Program-made: the position numbers and the translations under genes
Shown here: positions 1 to 9,717 of the stretch, in pieces
Position numbering within the stretch: position 1 is the first letter of the stretch
How the letters are laid out: every line of letters starts with the position of its first letter
Source of the DNA: Candidatus Altiarchaeota archaeon
Lineage (GTDB): Archaea > Altiarchaeota > Altiarchaeia > IMC4 > QMZM01
Assembly (NCBI GenBank): GCA_030609775.1
Contig: JAUWTD010000002.1
Location: forward strand, 1 to 53,365
Direction: 5' to 3'
Length of the DNA: 53,365 nt
Notes under the pieces: generated by a model
The model's input: the letters and a program-made list of their open reading frames with translations, nothing else
What the model was told of the DNA's origin: nothing
Databases searched by the model: none

Positions 1-488
1 AGTGTTGCATCCTCAAGGGCTCCTGATACGTTTTCTGCTACTGTTGTTTTGTTTCCTGAAAGGTTTTCTGTGGCTTCTATTGTTTCGTTTCTTGGAATGT
101 GTTCTGTGATTTCTATTGTTTTGTTTCCTGGAATGTTTTCTAAGACCTTGAACCGGGCTGATAGATTCGTTGTTTCATTAACCCAAAAAAGTTTTGCTGA
201 GATAGAGTAGTTTCCAACCTCTTCCGGGTGATAAAGATGAGTGAATGAACCCAGCGCCTCTCCAAGGGTTACGTATAAGTAGCCGCAGGGGTCCTGGATT
301 GTTAAATCTGTTGTTGTATTATCTGGAGCCGTTACCTGTATGCGCACAGTCTCATCCAATAAATAAACGGGTTTATCTGTTGAGAGCAGAAAAGATAAGT
401 CCTCTATCCCTGAAAGCTGAGAGGGCATCAAGCCTACACAAAAAACCAAGCCAACACTCAACACTACAAACAACACCCTCTTCTCCAA
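1..488 (-). CDS. Exported repeat protein, 5' part only (gene continues past the window start)
   Basis: Not in the ORF track because it has no stop inside the window. The minus-strand frame is open from TTG at 486-488 (in-frame TAG just upstream at 489-491) down to position 1. It reads MEKRVLFVVLSVGLVFCVGLMPSQLSG..., a basic n-region plus hydrophobic core (signal-peptide-like), followed by NxT-rich repeats. Start codon (TTG 488 or GTG 476) is uncertain. Confidence 0.5.
   Translation of the reverse strand, partial: MEKRVLFVVLSVGLVFCVGLMPSQLSGIEDLSFLLSTDKPVYLLDETVRIQVTAPDNTTTDLTIQDPCGYLYVTLGEALGSFTHLYHPEEVGNYSISAKLFWVNETTNLSARFKVLENIPGNKTIEITEHIPRNETIEATENLSGNKTTVAENVSGALEDAT
33..137 (-). repeat. 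Three tandem about 36-bp coding repeats (12-aa units, each with an N-x-T sequon)
   Basis: Units at 102-137, 66-101 and 33-65 follow TTCTGTGNYTTCTATTGTTTYGTTTCYTGGAATGTK. On the minus strand they translate as IPGNKTIEITEH / IPRNETIEATEN / LSGNKTTVAEN. Confidence 0.7.
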
Positions 489-664
489 CTAAACCACCTG
501 CTTACTTTAAATGAAACCCTGCAAGGTAAGATACATATACTCTCTATACAGTTAATATATTTAGATGTTTTTGATTAAATCCTGTATTGAATGCTCTGGA
601 TTATATCCTATAGGATTATATACCTGCGAGATACAATAGATTGATTACGAAAAAAAACAATAGA

Positions 665-1699
665 ATGAACAAGACGGCTTTAATCTACCACGACGACTAC
701 CTGAAACATTCCACCGGCGCCTACCACCCCGAGAGCAGTGAACGGCTGGTGTCCATAATGAAACTGCTACAACAAACCGGAATCATCGAAGAACTCACCC
801 GACTCACACCCGAAAAATGCAGCAGAGAAGATCTTTTGCGAGCACACACCAAACAACATGTAGAATACTTAAAAGAACTCAGCAGTAAAGGCGGCGGACC
901 AATCGACGCAGACACCTACTGTAATGGAGACACATACGATATAGCGCGGCTTGCGGTTGGCGGAGAAATACTTGCAGGAAAACATGTCATAGAAAAAAAA
1001 ACAGATAATGCTTTCGTGTTAGTGCGCCCACCCGGACACCATGCTACAAAAAACACAGCGATGGGATTCTGCTACCTCAACAATGTGGCAGTGATGGTAA
1101 AATACCTCCAAGAAAACCATGGAGTAAAAAAGGTCTGCATATTCGACTGGGATGTGCATGCAGCAAACGGAACAGAAGAAATATTTTATAATGACTCCAC
1201 TGTTTTGGTTATATCAATCCACCAAGACCCCAAAACGATATTCCCTGGAACCGGATTCATAGACGAAGCCGGTGAAGGATGCGGAGAAGGCTACACAATA
1301 AACATCCCGGTACCTCCACACACCGGGGATGCAGACTACATGTATCTGATGAACAACTTCATTCTTGAAAGAATAGAAGCATATAACCCTGATTTCATGG
1401 TGATCTCAGCAGGCTACGACTCCCATATGCTGGATCCGATAGGCAGCCTGCAACTGACAGAGAAAGCCTACTGCAACATGACCTCCTCTCTTAGAAACCT
1501 AGCAGAAAAAGTATGCAACGGAAGACTTGTAGTAGAGCTTGAAGGAGGATACAATCTTAACGCGATTGCAACCTCTACCCACGTGACCTTAAAAACCATG
1601 CTTGGCTTAGAACCCGAAATACAGGTAAACGGAGAAACAAACAAAACCATAACCGAACTCACACAAAAACTAACAAAAAAATTCAATGACCTTTGGTGA
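665..1699 (+). CDS. Histone deacetylase / acetoin-utilisation (AcuC/AphA) family deacetylase
   Basis: Motifs RPPGHHA, FDWDVHAANGTEE, ISAGYDSH and EGGYN. The track ORF starts at TTG 641; the in-frame ATG at 665 (MNKTALIYHDDY) is preferred. Confidence 0.85.
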   Translation: MNKTALIYHDDYLKHSTGAYHPESSERLVSIMKLLQQTGIIEELTRLTPEKCSREDLLRAHTKQHVEYLKELSSKGGGPIDADTYCNGDTYDIARLAVGGEILAGKHVIEKKTDNAFVLVRPPGHHATKNTAMGFCYLNNVAVMVKYLQENHGVKKVCIFDWDVHAANGTEEIFYNDSTVLVISIHQDPKTIFPGTGFIDEAGEGCGEGYTINIPVPPHTGDADYMYLMNNFILERIEAYNPDFMVISAGYDSHMLDPIGSLQLTEKAYCNMTSSLRNLAEKVCNGRLVVELEGGYNLNAIATSTHVTLKTMLGLEPEIQVNGETNKTITELTQKLTKKFNDLW

Positions 1700-2483
1700 C
1701 ATTCTCTAATTTAATGTAAAAAACCAAGGTCTTACCAGCCAACGGATGATTAAAATCCAGTGAAATCGAATCCTGCGTAACCTCAATTATCCGGGCCGGA
1801 CCCTTATCAGTCTCCACTACCGATCCATTCACGGGATTTGCAGAGATATATACATTCATTTCATCTACGCTCACGTTAGCCAAACCAAAGTTTGTATGCG
1901 CAGACGCATTAGGCCAAGGATCAAATCGCACCATAACAGTTGAATTAGTTAAGGCGACAACGGTTTTATTCCATTCATACAACTCCACTTGCTGGGTTAA
2001 ATTCATGCGCGGCTCCTCACCAAATTCAACCCAAAACTGATCCAAGCTTAGATTCACTACCCTCGGGAAACTCTGGACTCTATCAGCTACCGACACCTTC
2101 TCCTGAACCCATTCACCATAAGCAGACTCCGGCGGAATCCTCACAGTCTTATTTTCACCTACAGACATCCCATAAACCGCATTCTCAAAACCAGCAATAA
2201 CCTGACCTTCACCCATCCTGAACTCAAAGGGTCCATACTCCCTGAGGAAATCATAGATGCCTGCCTCTTTTGCAACATCCATGTAGGATGAGTCAAATAC
2301 GGATCCATCGGTGAGCTTGCCAATATAATTAACGTATACAATATCTCCTCTACGAGCTTTAATACTTGGAGAAGTGGTTGAGGAGGTATCTCCCATATCT
2401 CCTATATCCTCTGAAATACAACCCAAAAACAAGACAACAACCGAAAACACAAAAACTAATTTCTTCATCTTATGTTTATTCAT
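1683..2483 (-). CDS. FKBP-type peptidyl-prolyl cis-trans isomerase, probable lipoprotein
   Basis: N-terminal signal with lipobox-like LFLGC. FKBP core GDIVYVNYIGKLTDGSVFDSS, GEGQVIAGFENAVYGMSVGE, IPPESAYG and C-terminal HPLAGKTLVFYIKL, with a long insert between the halves (SlyD/archaeal FKBP style). Confidence 0.85.
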   Translation of the reverse strand: MNKHKMKKLVFVFSVVVLFLGCISEDIGDMGDTSSTTSPSIKARRGDIVYVNYIGKLTDGSVFDSSYMDVAKEAGIYDFLREYGPFEFRMGEGQVIAGFENAVYGMSVGENKTVRIPPESAYGEWVQEKVSVADRVQSFPRVVNLSLDQFWVEFGEEPRMNLTQQVELYEWNKTVVALTNSTVMVRFDPWPNASAHTNFGLANVSVDEMNVYISANPVNGSVVETDKGPARIIEVTQDSISLDFNHPLAGKTLVFYIKLENVTKGH

Positions 2484-2523
2484 TTAATTATTTTTAACTG
2501 AATCACTATTCTAAAATACTAGA

Positions 2524-3780
2524 ATGAATATAAAAAAACCAAGAGGCACACGAGATTTTCCCCCCTCTGAGCTGGCTGCAAGAGAATATATCAAATCAAC
2601 CCTCTCACAGGTCTTTGAAGCCTACAACTACCAAAGAATCCAGACACCGACCTTTGAGCATGCTGAATTATTCCAATTAAAATCCGGAGAAGAAATAGAG
2701 GAACACATGTATGTCTTCGAAGACAAATCCAGTAGAAAACTATGCCTCAGACCCGAGGCGACAGCATCCGTCTGCCGGATGTTTTCAGAGGAATTAAGGA
2801 GCATCCGCCTTCCATTAAAATTATATTATTACGGTCCAATGTTCCGCTATGAAAGACCCCAGAAGGGACGCTACCGCGAATTCTGGCAGATCGGCATGGA
2901 ATTAATAGGCCCACAAAGCCCTGAATCAGATGCAGAAACAATCCTGCTGGCGTATGATTCCTTAACGAAGCTTGGTTTAACCTTCACACTCGAAATAGGG
3001 CACATGGGAATCATCCGCGGATTAATGAGCGACCTTAAAATAGATGAAAACATCCAAAACAAGGTGATAGCATGCATCGACAAAGGCGACATAAGTCAAT
3101 TAGAACAACTTGTAGATAATCCCGTTATCCATGACCTCATAAAACTCAAAGGATCTGTTAACGTAATCACCCAAGCAGATAACATCCTTAACGAATACAA
3201 GACCGCCAAAACCGCATTCAACGAACTCAAAGAAGTTCTTGAGTGGCTGGATAACATGGGAACAGAGTACTGCCTGAACCTGGGAATAGCCAGAGGTCTT
3301 GAATACTATACTGGCACAGTCTTTGAGATCCAAATCCCTAAGCTAGGCGCCCAAAGCCAGATCTGCGGCGGAGGAAGATACGATAACCTAATAGAACTCT
3401 TCTCCGGATTAAAGATCCCCGCAGTCGGATTCGCATTCGGATTCGACCGGATCATGAATGCAATCAAACTCCAAGGAATCAAGATACCTGAAAAAAGAGC
3501 AGACCTTGTTGCTGCACCAGTAAATAATGCCATGAGACAACATACGTTAAAGATAATATCTCCTCTACGAGATACATTCATAGTTGACTTTGATGTAATG
3601 AACAGAAAACTCGATAAGATACTGAAATATGCCGGAGACATCCAGGCAAAATATGTTCTCATAGTGGGTCCAGAGGATTTGAAGGATAACCAGGTTACCC
3701 TAAGAAATATGGGGGATGGAAAACAAGAGAAGATAAAGATCACCGATCTAGAGAATAGACTAACAAAACTTTGCAGATAA
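2524..3780 (+). CDS. hisS: Histidyl-tRNA synthetase
   Basis: Class II motifs: LRPEATASVCR, FRYERPQKGRYREFWQIG, GGGRYDNL, and a C-terminal anticodon-binding domain. Confidence 0.95.
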   Translation: MNIKKPRGTRDFPPSELAAREYIKSTLSQVFEAYNYQRIQTPTFEHAELFQLKSGEEIEEHMYVFEDKSSRKLCLRPEATASVCRMFSEELRSIRLPLKLYYYGPMFRYERPQKGRYREFWQIGMELIGPQSPESDAETILLAYDSLTKLGLTFTLEIGHMGIIRGLMSDLKIDENIQNKVIACIDKGDISQLEQLVDNPVIHDLIKLKGSVNVITQADNILNEYKTAKTAFNELKEVLEWLDNMGTEYCLNLGIARGLEYYTGTVFEIQIPKLGAQSQICGGGRYDNLIELFSGLKIPAVGFAFGFDRIMNAIKLQGIKIPEKRADLVAAPVNNAMRQHTLKIISPLRDTFIVDFDVMNRKLDKILKYAGDIQAKYVLIVGPEDLKDNQVTLRNMGDGKQEKIKITDLENRLTKLCR

Positions 3781-3782
3781 CC

Positions 3783-4262
3783 TTATTCAATAGTGCCCCA
3801 ACAATATCCTGAGCTTCTATGAGTGATCCCTGATAATGCGTTTGTGTAATCTATTATCATGTTGATGCGATAATAATCCCCTGAATTAACTGTTGCTGCG
3901 GAGAAATCAAAATCCACCATCCTACTTATGCCTGGACGCATGTCATCGTTTATACTCACAATTTTCTCAGTTGACATGTATGTTGCATTAATGTTGTTAA
4001 GATGAAGCTTTGTTCCAGCGTCATTAGATATTACTACCTTAAGTTCTTTAGATGCGCTATCAAACTTTGAATCCAATGGAACAATCTGCGAGAAACCATT
4101 ACAGCCCGGAGGTGTGGCATCCGGAGTGAATATACCCATCTGCCATAAAACCAAACCCACAACCATGATAACAATTATGGCCCAACCATAGGTCATCAAA
4201 TATTCTAGCGCAGCCTGACCCTTTCTATCCTTCCGAATACGTTTTAAATTCTTTAAATTCAT
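3783..4262 (-). CDS. Class III signal peptide (archaeal type IV pilin-like) protein
   Basis: N-terminus ...RKDRKGQAALEYLMTYGWAIIVIMVVGLVL is the typical prepilin-peptidase site (KG/Q) followed by a hydrophobic helix. Confidence 0.7.
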   Translation of the reverse strand: MNLKNLKRIRKDRKGQAALEYLMTYGWAIIVIMVVGLVLWQMGIFTPDATPPGCNGFSQIVPLDSKFDSASKELKVVISNDAGTKLHLNNINATYMSTEKIVSINDDMRPGISRMVDFDFSAATVNSGDYYRINMIIDYTNALSGITHRSSGYCWGTIE

Positions 4263-4320
4263 GTATACTAATAAAAATAGGTGAACACCTATAAATATCT
4301 ATTCTCTACAGTGATCAAAT

Positions 4321-4956
4321 ATGGTGGATTATAAAAGAGCAGTTAAAAGACCCTTCGAGGACTTAGGGACATTAGGGATCGGAATCGCCGTACAATTGAT
4401 TCCCATAGTAAACCTGATGGCTTTAGGATTCTACCTTAACTGCGCCAAAACAGCAATAAATAAGGACTTTGAGTTACCTGAATGGGAAGACGGGATTAAA
4501 CTATTTACCTCGGCGTTGGCTACCGTAATAATCTGCCTTACCTACATGCTGCCAGTAACTATACTAACAATAGCGACTTTTGGAGCGACTTTATTCAGCC
4601 TGATAAGTGACTTCCAGACGGGCTTAGATGGATTAGCTGACATATCCCTTGGATCAATAGGTATCGGATCCATACTCCTATTATTCCTTCTGCTGATACT
4701 GTTAACCTACTATATACTGCCTGCAGCGATACTATACTATGTGAAAGACGACAAATTCGCATCAGCCTTCAAGATCAAAACAATCCTAAAAAAATCATTC
4801 ACCCTAAACTACTTTATCAACTGGATAATGATGACTGCCTATGTAATACTTCTAACACTAGTATTGTCAATAATACCTGTTATCGGAACCTCGGCAGGAG
4901 CATTCATCGGATTAGTGACTGCATCAACGGTGCTTGGCGAAATATGCTCAAATTAA
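4321..4956 (+). CDS. Polytopic membrane protein, DUF4013-like
   Basis: IPIVNLMALGFYLNCAKTAINKDFELPEWEDGIKLF followed by 4-5 hydrophobic helices. This resembles DUF4013 from memory only. Confidence 0.5.
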   Translation: MVDYKRAVKRPFEDLGTLGIGIAVQLIPIVNLMALGFYLNCAKTAINKDFELPEWEDGIKLFTSALATVIICLTYMLPVTILTIATFGATLFSLISDFQTGLDGLADISLGSIGIGSILLLFLLLILLTYYILPAAILYYVKDDKFASAFKIKTILKKSFTLNYFINWIMMTAYVILLTLVLSIIPVIGTSAGAFIGLVTASTVLGEICSN

Positions 4957-4959
4957 AAC

Positions 4960-5733
4960 CTACTTCTTCTTTAATTTGCCTAGGATCAGGTCAGAAACCC
5001 GTTTACCTGAAAGCAGCATACCCCCAAAGATCGGACCCATCCTAGGTGCACCGAAGACTGCATTTGCAGCCATTCCAGCAACATACAAGTTAGGATATAC
5101 CTCTTTTGTATTCTCAACAACAAGAGACTCTGACTTATCCGCCCACATAGAACCTTCCCCTTCAATGTTCCCTGAAGCTGTGTTGAGTCCACCCACCTTC
5201 ATCTGCACGATCTTACATACCTCTGTCGGATGCCCTGTTGCATCAACACAAAACCTTGACCTAATAGCCAACGGATCAACATGTAATCCAGCAACCTCAA
5301 CCGAACTCCAGTTAATAACGAAACCTGAGACACCTGAATCCCTGATTAAGACATCCTCAACAGAGATCCCGTTAAATATTGTAACCCCTGCATCAATAGC
5401 CTTAGCAGTTAACTTAGCAACAGACTCAATAGAGCTTGCAACAAACATGCCGTTTTTTCCACTATATTTTATCCCGAAGTCATCTAGGATATGAACCGCA
5501 TCCTCCTGAACCACAATCTTCGGAAACATCATACCTCCACCCCACATACCTCCGCCAATAGAAAGCTTCCTCTCAAATAAAACAACACGCACACCCTCAT
5601 CTGCAAGATATCTTGCCGCGACCAAACCCGAAGGCCCTCCCCCCGCAATCGCAACATCAACATCAACGTTGTCGAGAAAATCATCTAATGCATTCTTCAC
5701 AATCAACCGCGTAATCTCTATTTCATCTATCAT
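4960..5733 (-). CDS. thi4: Thiazole synthase (Thi4 family)
   Basis: VAIAGGGPSGL dinucleotide fold, GGGMWGGGMMF, CVDATGHP and YVAGMAANAVFGAPRMGPIFGGMLLSG. Confidence 0.9.
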   Translation of the reverse strand: MIDEIEITRLIVKNALDDFLDNVDVDVAIAGGGPSGLVAARYLADEGVRVVLFERKLSIGGGMWGGGMMFPKIVVQEDAVHILDDFGIKYSGKNGMFVASSIESVAKLTAKAIDAGVTIFNGISVEDVLIRDSGVSGFVINWSSVEVAGLHVDPLAIRSRFCVDATGHPTEVCKIVQMKVGGLNTASGNIEGEGSMWADKSESLVVENTKEVYPNLYVAGMAANAVFGAPRMGPIFGGMLLSGKRVSDLILGKLKKK

Positions 5734-5758
5734 TTTTTTTTATTTACCTCACAATAAA

Positions 5759-7744
5759 TTATGTTAACTCCTCTAACCTTAATTCAACCTCAATTAATTT
5801 CTCTTGATAATTCTCCATTAAACTATTATAAGCATCCATCTCTATTTTACCCTGCTTGTACCGCTTTTCAAGGATTTTGATTTTGCGTTCAAACTCATTT
5901 CTTTCATTTCGAAGCTGCTCTGACACCGATTTCTTTCCTTTGATTACTTCCTCCCCCTCGTCTGGTCCTATTGTTTCCCTATTTGACTCTTCCTGCGCAT
6001 TTTTCTGCCTGAATTCCTTGTTGAGATGTACCACGGTCTCAAAGAGATCCTTATACACCTTTTTTTCTCCGCTGGATTCAATAAGCTCTTCTGTAGACAA
6101 GGACCAAGGGATTAGCGTAGATTCTTTTTCTTCAATCACAATTAAAAAATCATCTAACGATATGCTCCTCTCAGATGACCCAGATACTGCTTTTTTCCAG
6201 GGAATACTAGCTGCATTATTACAGATATCATCAATATCTGCAGCAGAATACCCTTCAGTTAACTCAGCTAATCTCCTGAAATCCACATCAGAAGATAATG
6301 GCCTACCCCTCGTATGAATCTCTAAGATCTCTATCCTGGAATCCAAATCAGGCGGAGAAATAAATATTTGTTTACTAAATCTTCCAGACCTACGCAATGC
6401 CGGATCCAGATCCCATGGTGTATCCGTTGCTGCAATAATTAACACATCCTCACTAAGCCTCTCCACTCCACTCATATCCATCAGAAATTGGTTCAATATC
6501 CTCTTTTTGGATCCGTCAAGCGAACCCTTACGACTGCAGAGAGCATCAATCTCATCAAAAAATATTATGGCCGGCGCATTTTTGCTTGCGCGCTCAAAGA
6601 CTTTATGAATCTTCTCTGCTCCATCCCCTTTTTCACTCATAATATCACTGATATTCACGTTAAAGAAAGACACACCACACTCAGTAACAGCAGCCCTTGC
6701 AAGCTGGGTCTTCCCACACCCTGGAGGACCATATAAAAGTATTCCTCCCCCTACCTTCCGCCCGAATTTCTTCGATATATCCCGGTGAGTTAAGGGATAG
6801 ATTATCTCTTCTGTGATCTCTTTTTTTGCATTCTTCAATCCGCCCACATCTGAAAACGATATTGTCGACTTCTCAATAGGCACCTCATCCATAACATCAA
6901 ATCCCGTGCTCAATGCCAAGGGTTTTAATTTAACCTCGGTTTTATATCCTCTCTTTACTTTCCCGTTCTTAAGACACAACGGAAGATGCGAGATAGACTC
7001 AACTCCCCCCTTATTGCCTTGTTCACATACAAGAGAGGGCATATATGTTATCTCATCAAGTACCACATTACATCCGAATAAGTATCTGAGCGCTCTTCCA
7101 ATCCTCTCAGGGGAATACTCAATACCTCCCCGACTATAAGAATCATCAATTGTATCCACTACCTTCAAAAAAGAAGATAAATCAAATCTTTTATCATCGA
7201 ATTTAGGTAGATAATATATGGACTTAACATATGCTTTGCTAATCTCCTGCTCATCTACTGCGATTCTTAATATGTTAAGAGCACTATTACCTTTCGGTTC
7301 ATAAACCCTAACAAGACCATACCCCACAAGCTCCTGAACAATATTATGATCCAACTCACTATATAATATACTCCCCTGTTCTAGTATATGGCTTAACATA
7401 TTTAACATCTGAGGTGTAAAATCAAGAATCTTTCTCAAGAGATCTGTTTTATCTACCTGAGGTTTCGAGTGAACAACTCCAGCATACTGAGCATAATACA
7501 AATCCCCACAAGAAAGGTCAACGTAAAGATAATTCTTTTTTGTGTGAACTGCATTCTTCTTAAACAAGAAACCCTTATCAACACTCACAGTTTTTATGAG
7601 TTCTAGCTTACCTAAAGGCAAATATACCTTATATAACCTCATCTTGGGATTATTAGAAGAAAATTTTATGATGTTCTTCTCAAATCCATCTAAAATCCCA
7701 AATGACGAAGTATTTACTTTACTGATCTCCACCACAACTCGCAA
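5759..7744 (-). CDS. AAA+ ATPase (single classic-clade AAA domain) with an unassigned about 300-aa N-domain and a coiled-coil tail
   Basis: Walker A GPPGCGKT, Walker B IIFFDEIDAL, SRH ATDTPWDLDPALRRSGRF. The track start at 7744 is TTG; the first ATG is at 7642. Confidence 0.85.
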   Translation of the reverse strand: MRVVVEISKVNTSSFGILDGFEKNIIKFSSNNPKMRLYKVYLPLGKLELIKTVSVDKGFLFKKNAVHTKKNYLYVDLSCGDLYYAQYAGVVHSKPQVDKTDLLRKILDFTPQMLNMLSHILEQGSILYSELDHNIVQELVGYGLVRVYEPKGNSALNILRIAVDEQEISKAYVKSIYYLPKFDDKRFDLSSFLKVVDTIDDSYSRGGIEYSPERIGRALRYLFGCNVVLDEITYMPSLVCEQGNKGGVESISHLPLCLKNGKVKRGYKTEVKLKPLALSTGFDVMDEVPIEKSTISFSDVGGLKNAKKEITEEIIYPLTHRDISKKFGRKVGGGILLYGPPGCGKTQLARAAVTECGVSFFNVNISDIMSEKGDGAEKIHKVFERASKNAPAIIFFDEIDALCSRKGSLDGSKKRILNQFLMDMSGVERLSEDVLIIAATDTPWDLDPALRRSGRFSKQIFISPPDLDSRIEILEIHTRGRPLSSDVDFRRLAELTEGYSAADIDDICNNAASIPWKKAVSGSSERSISLDDFLIVIEEKESTLIPWSLSTEELIESSGEKKVYKDLFETVVHLNKEFRQKNAQEESNRETIGPDEGEEVIKGKKSVSEQLRNERNEFERKIKILEKRYKQGKIEMDAYNSLMENYQEKLIEVELRLEELT

Positions 7745-8009
7745 GAATACTATTTTTAGACTTTATCTCGCTTATACCTCCACTCTATATTGTTTTTAGA
7801 TAACAGCCCGCCACAAAAGACAAATAAAATGAATCATGCACTGTGGCAGCTAACCTAAAAATAAAATATGATCCAATTATATTAAAATAGGGATCACAAG
7901 ATTAAATCTCTTTTAACAACCACACCCTACTATGCGTTTAAATGAAGATCCCTGAAATAAATCTTTAAGGTATTTATATGCAGGTATCTAATAAAGATAG
8001 GTAATTAAA

Positions 8010-8663
8010 ATGTATATCGTACTTATAGGCTGCGGTGAGACTGGTTCTGCCCTTGCAAAACATCTAACAAGTGAAGATCATGAGATTGTTGTTGTTGAAA
8101 ATAATGAGGAACGTGCGAAGTCGTTGGCCGAATCCATGGATGCATTAGTCATCCACGGCGACGGAAGCAGCACAGAGATTTTGAAGGATGCCGGCATAGA
8201 GAAAGCCGACGCAGTTGTCATATTAACACGAGACGATAACACAAACCTTACAATCTGTCAAATAGTCAAAAAATTCGACGTTAAACGAATTGTTGCAAGA
8301 GTCAACGACCCAAGCAAACAAGACCTATACATAAGCTTGGAGATTACTGCAGCTATAAGCCCTATTGCTGCTATCGTCAGCTACTTCAAAAACTCAATAA
8401 CCCGAGATCGAGGCAGAAGCGTCGTCTCCATTGGGAAAGGAAAAGCCGAAATAATCGAGGTAAGTGTAACAAACGAGGCCCTAGACTGCAGAAAAATCAA
8501 AGACATAGGCATGCCATCCGATGCCCTCATCGGCCTAATCTCACGGGATGGAGAAGTCATAATAGGCTCACCTGGAGCAATACTAAAGAAAGGGGATCTC
8601 CTTACACTGATTTCTAAAACAGAGGCAACAAAAGATGTTATAACCCTTCTAAAAGGCGATTAA
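8010..8663 (+). CDS. trkA: TrkA-type K+ transport NAD-binding protein (TrkA-N + TrkA-C)
   Basis: Rossmann start IVLIGCGETGSALAKHL, the pattern DAVVILTRDDNTNL, and a C-terminal RCK_C-like IEVSV...LIGLISRDGEVIIGSPGAILKKGDLL. Confidence 0.85.
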   Translation: MYIVLIGCGETGSALAKHLTSEDHEIVVVENNEERAKSLAESMDALVIHGDGSSTEILKDAGIEKADAVVILTRDDNTNLTICQIVKKFDVKRIVARVNDPSKQDLYISLEITAAISPIAAIVSYFKNSITRDRGRSVVSIGKGKAEIIEVSVTNEALDCRKIKDIGMPSDALIGLISRDGEVIIGSPGAILKKGDLLTLISKTEATKDVITLLKGD

Positions 8664-8689
8664 AATTTTAAAATAAAAAAAACAGTAAA

Positions 8690-8710
8690 CTCCACCCCTG
8701 CAGGGCGGAG
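8690..8710. terminator. Imperfect hairpin between the convergent trkA and tfb genes
   Basis: CTCCACCC-CTGCA-GGGCGGAG (7 of 8 pairs), flanked by A/T runs on both sides. Confidence 0.3.
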
Positions 8711-8734
8711 TATAAACTAAACATAAAAAAAAAG

Positions 8735-9679
8735 TTAGGAAGGTAAGGGATACGCCTTAAGCAAGTCCTTATTCTTAAACTCCCTTAAAAGTTCATCATA
8801 CCTATTCTTTATCGCAGACTCAGGGACCTCATTAACACTCACTATTGTTTCAGTTTGCTTATCATCCGTCATCCTACCTGCAAGATATATCGCTGCAGCT
8901 GCAATGCTTATCGGCACCTTACCTGAAATAATCCCTTTTTTCCGGGCATTCTCCAACATCTCTATAGCCTTTGCCTCAGTCTTACCTGAAACACCAAGCT
9001 CTGATGCAAGCCGCGGAACATAATCCGATGCTTTAATCACAGGCATCTTCAACTCCAGTCTCCTGCATATTGTCCGATAACTCCTACCAATATCCTTCTT
9101 CTTTACACCAGAGACCTCTTCTAACTCCTTTAATGTCTTAGGTAAGTGATGTTTCCTTGATACTATATAGATTATCGCAGCTATGACACTCTCTATCGAC
9201 CTTCCTCTGACGATTCCTTTATTCACACACTTCCGATACCAACGGGCACATTCCTCCTTTATGTTAGGTGAAACATTCAAGTGCGCACACATCCTATCAA
9301 GCTCAGGTAAAGCAATAGAAAGATTCCTGTCAACAGACGTACCCATCCTCGAACGCCTCTGCCACTTCCTCAGCCTATAAAGCTGAGCCTTCCTTTCAGA
9401 TGGAACAGCACTACCCTTAATATCCCGATCATACCGATCTATCTCAGTTGTAAGACCACTATTCTGTTTCGCAAACTTCAAAGGCCCACCCGTCCTAGAA
9501 CGCTTATTCATCTGTTCTTCATCAAAAGCTCTCCATTCCGGTCCAAAATCAAAAAGTTTATCTTCCTGAATCAGTCCACAACCCCTACAAATAACCTCTC
9601 CATGTCTGTAGTCAACCATAACCTTCATGCTACCGCATGATCTACAAGATTCCGTTTTAACTCCAACCTCAGATTCCAT
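8735..9679 (-). CDS. tfb: Transcription initiation factor IIB (TFB)
   Basis: N-terminal Zn ribbon CRSCGS...CRGCG, B-finger/linker, and two cyclin-fold repeats (RGRSIESVIAAIIYIVSR, ISGKVPISIAAAAIYLAGR). Confidence 0.95.
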   Translation of the reverse strand: MESEVGVKTESCRSCGSMKVMVDYRHGEVICRGCGLIQEDKLFDFGPEWRAFDEEQMNKRSRTGGPLKFAKQNSGLTTEIDRYDRDIKGSAVPSERKAQLYRLRKWQRRSRMGTSVDRNLSIALPELDRMCAHLNVSPNIKEECARWYRKCVNKGIVRGRSIESVIAAIIYIVSRKHHLPKTLKELEEVSGVKKKDIGRSYRTICRRLELKMPVIKASDYVPRLASELGVSGKTEAKAIEMLENARKKGIISGKVPISIAAAAIYLAGRMTDDKQTETIVSVNEVPESAIKNRYDELLREFKNKDLLKAYPLPS

Positions 9680-9717
9680 TTTAACCCCAACCTCCTATTC
9701 AAATACTATCCCTACCG

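Noticed and set aside
245-514. An 89-aa + strand ORF at the window start.
   Set aside because: It is antisense to the better-supported minus-strand exported repeat protein (signal peptide, sequon repeats). Its product is low-complexity and P/S/L-rich with no motifs.
1683-1699. A 17-nt convergent overlap between the deacetylase and FKBP genes, considered as a sign of mis-annotation.
   Set aside because: Both ORFs carry full-length family motifs up to their C-termini. Short convergent overlaps are common in compact archaeal genomes.
4934-5494. Long antisense ORFs opposite well-supported genes. Examples are 4934-5494 (thi4), 5856-6317 and 6813-7139 (AAA ATPase), 3306-3743 (hisS), 19618-20139, 25885-26436 (GGR), 29768-30250 (thermosome), 31380-31817 (hsp20), 44643-45119 (asd) and 49378-49797 (leuS).
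   Set aside because: Each overlaps a gene with unambiguous family motifs on the other strand and has an S/L/P/I-rich, motif-free product. The strong strand compositional bias of this sequence favours long stop-free antisense frames.
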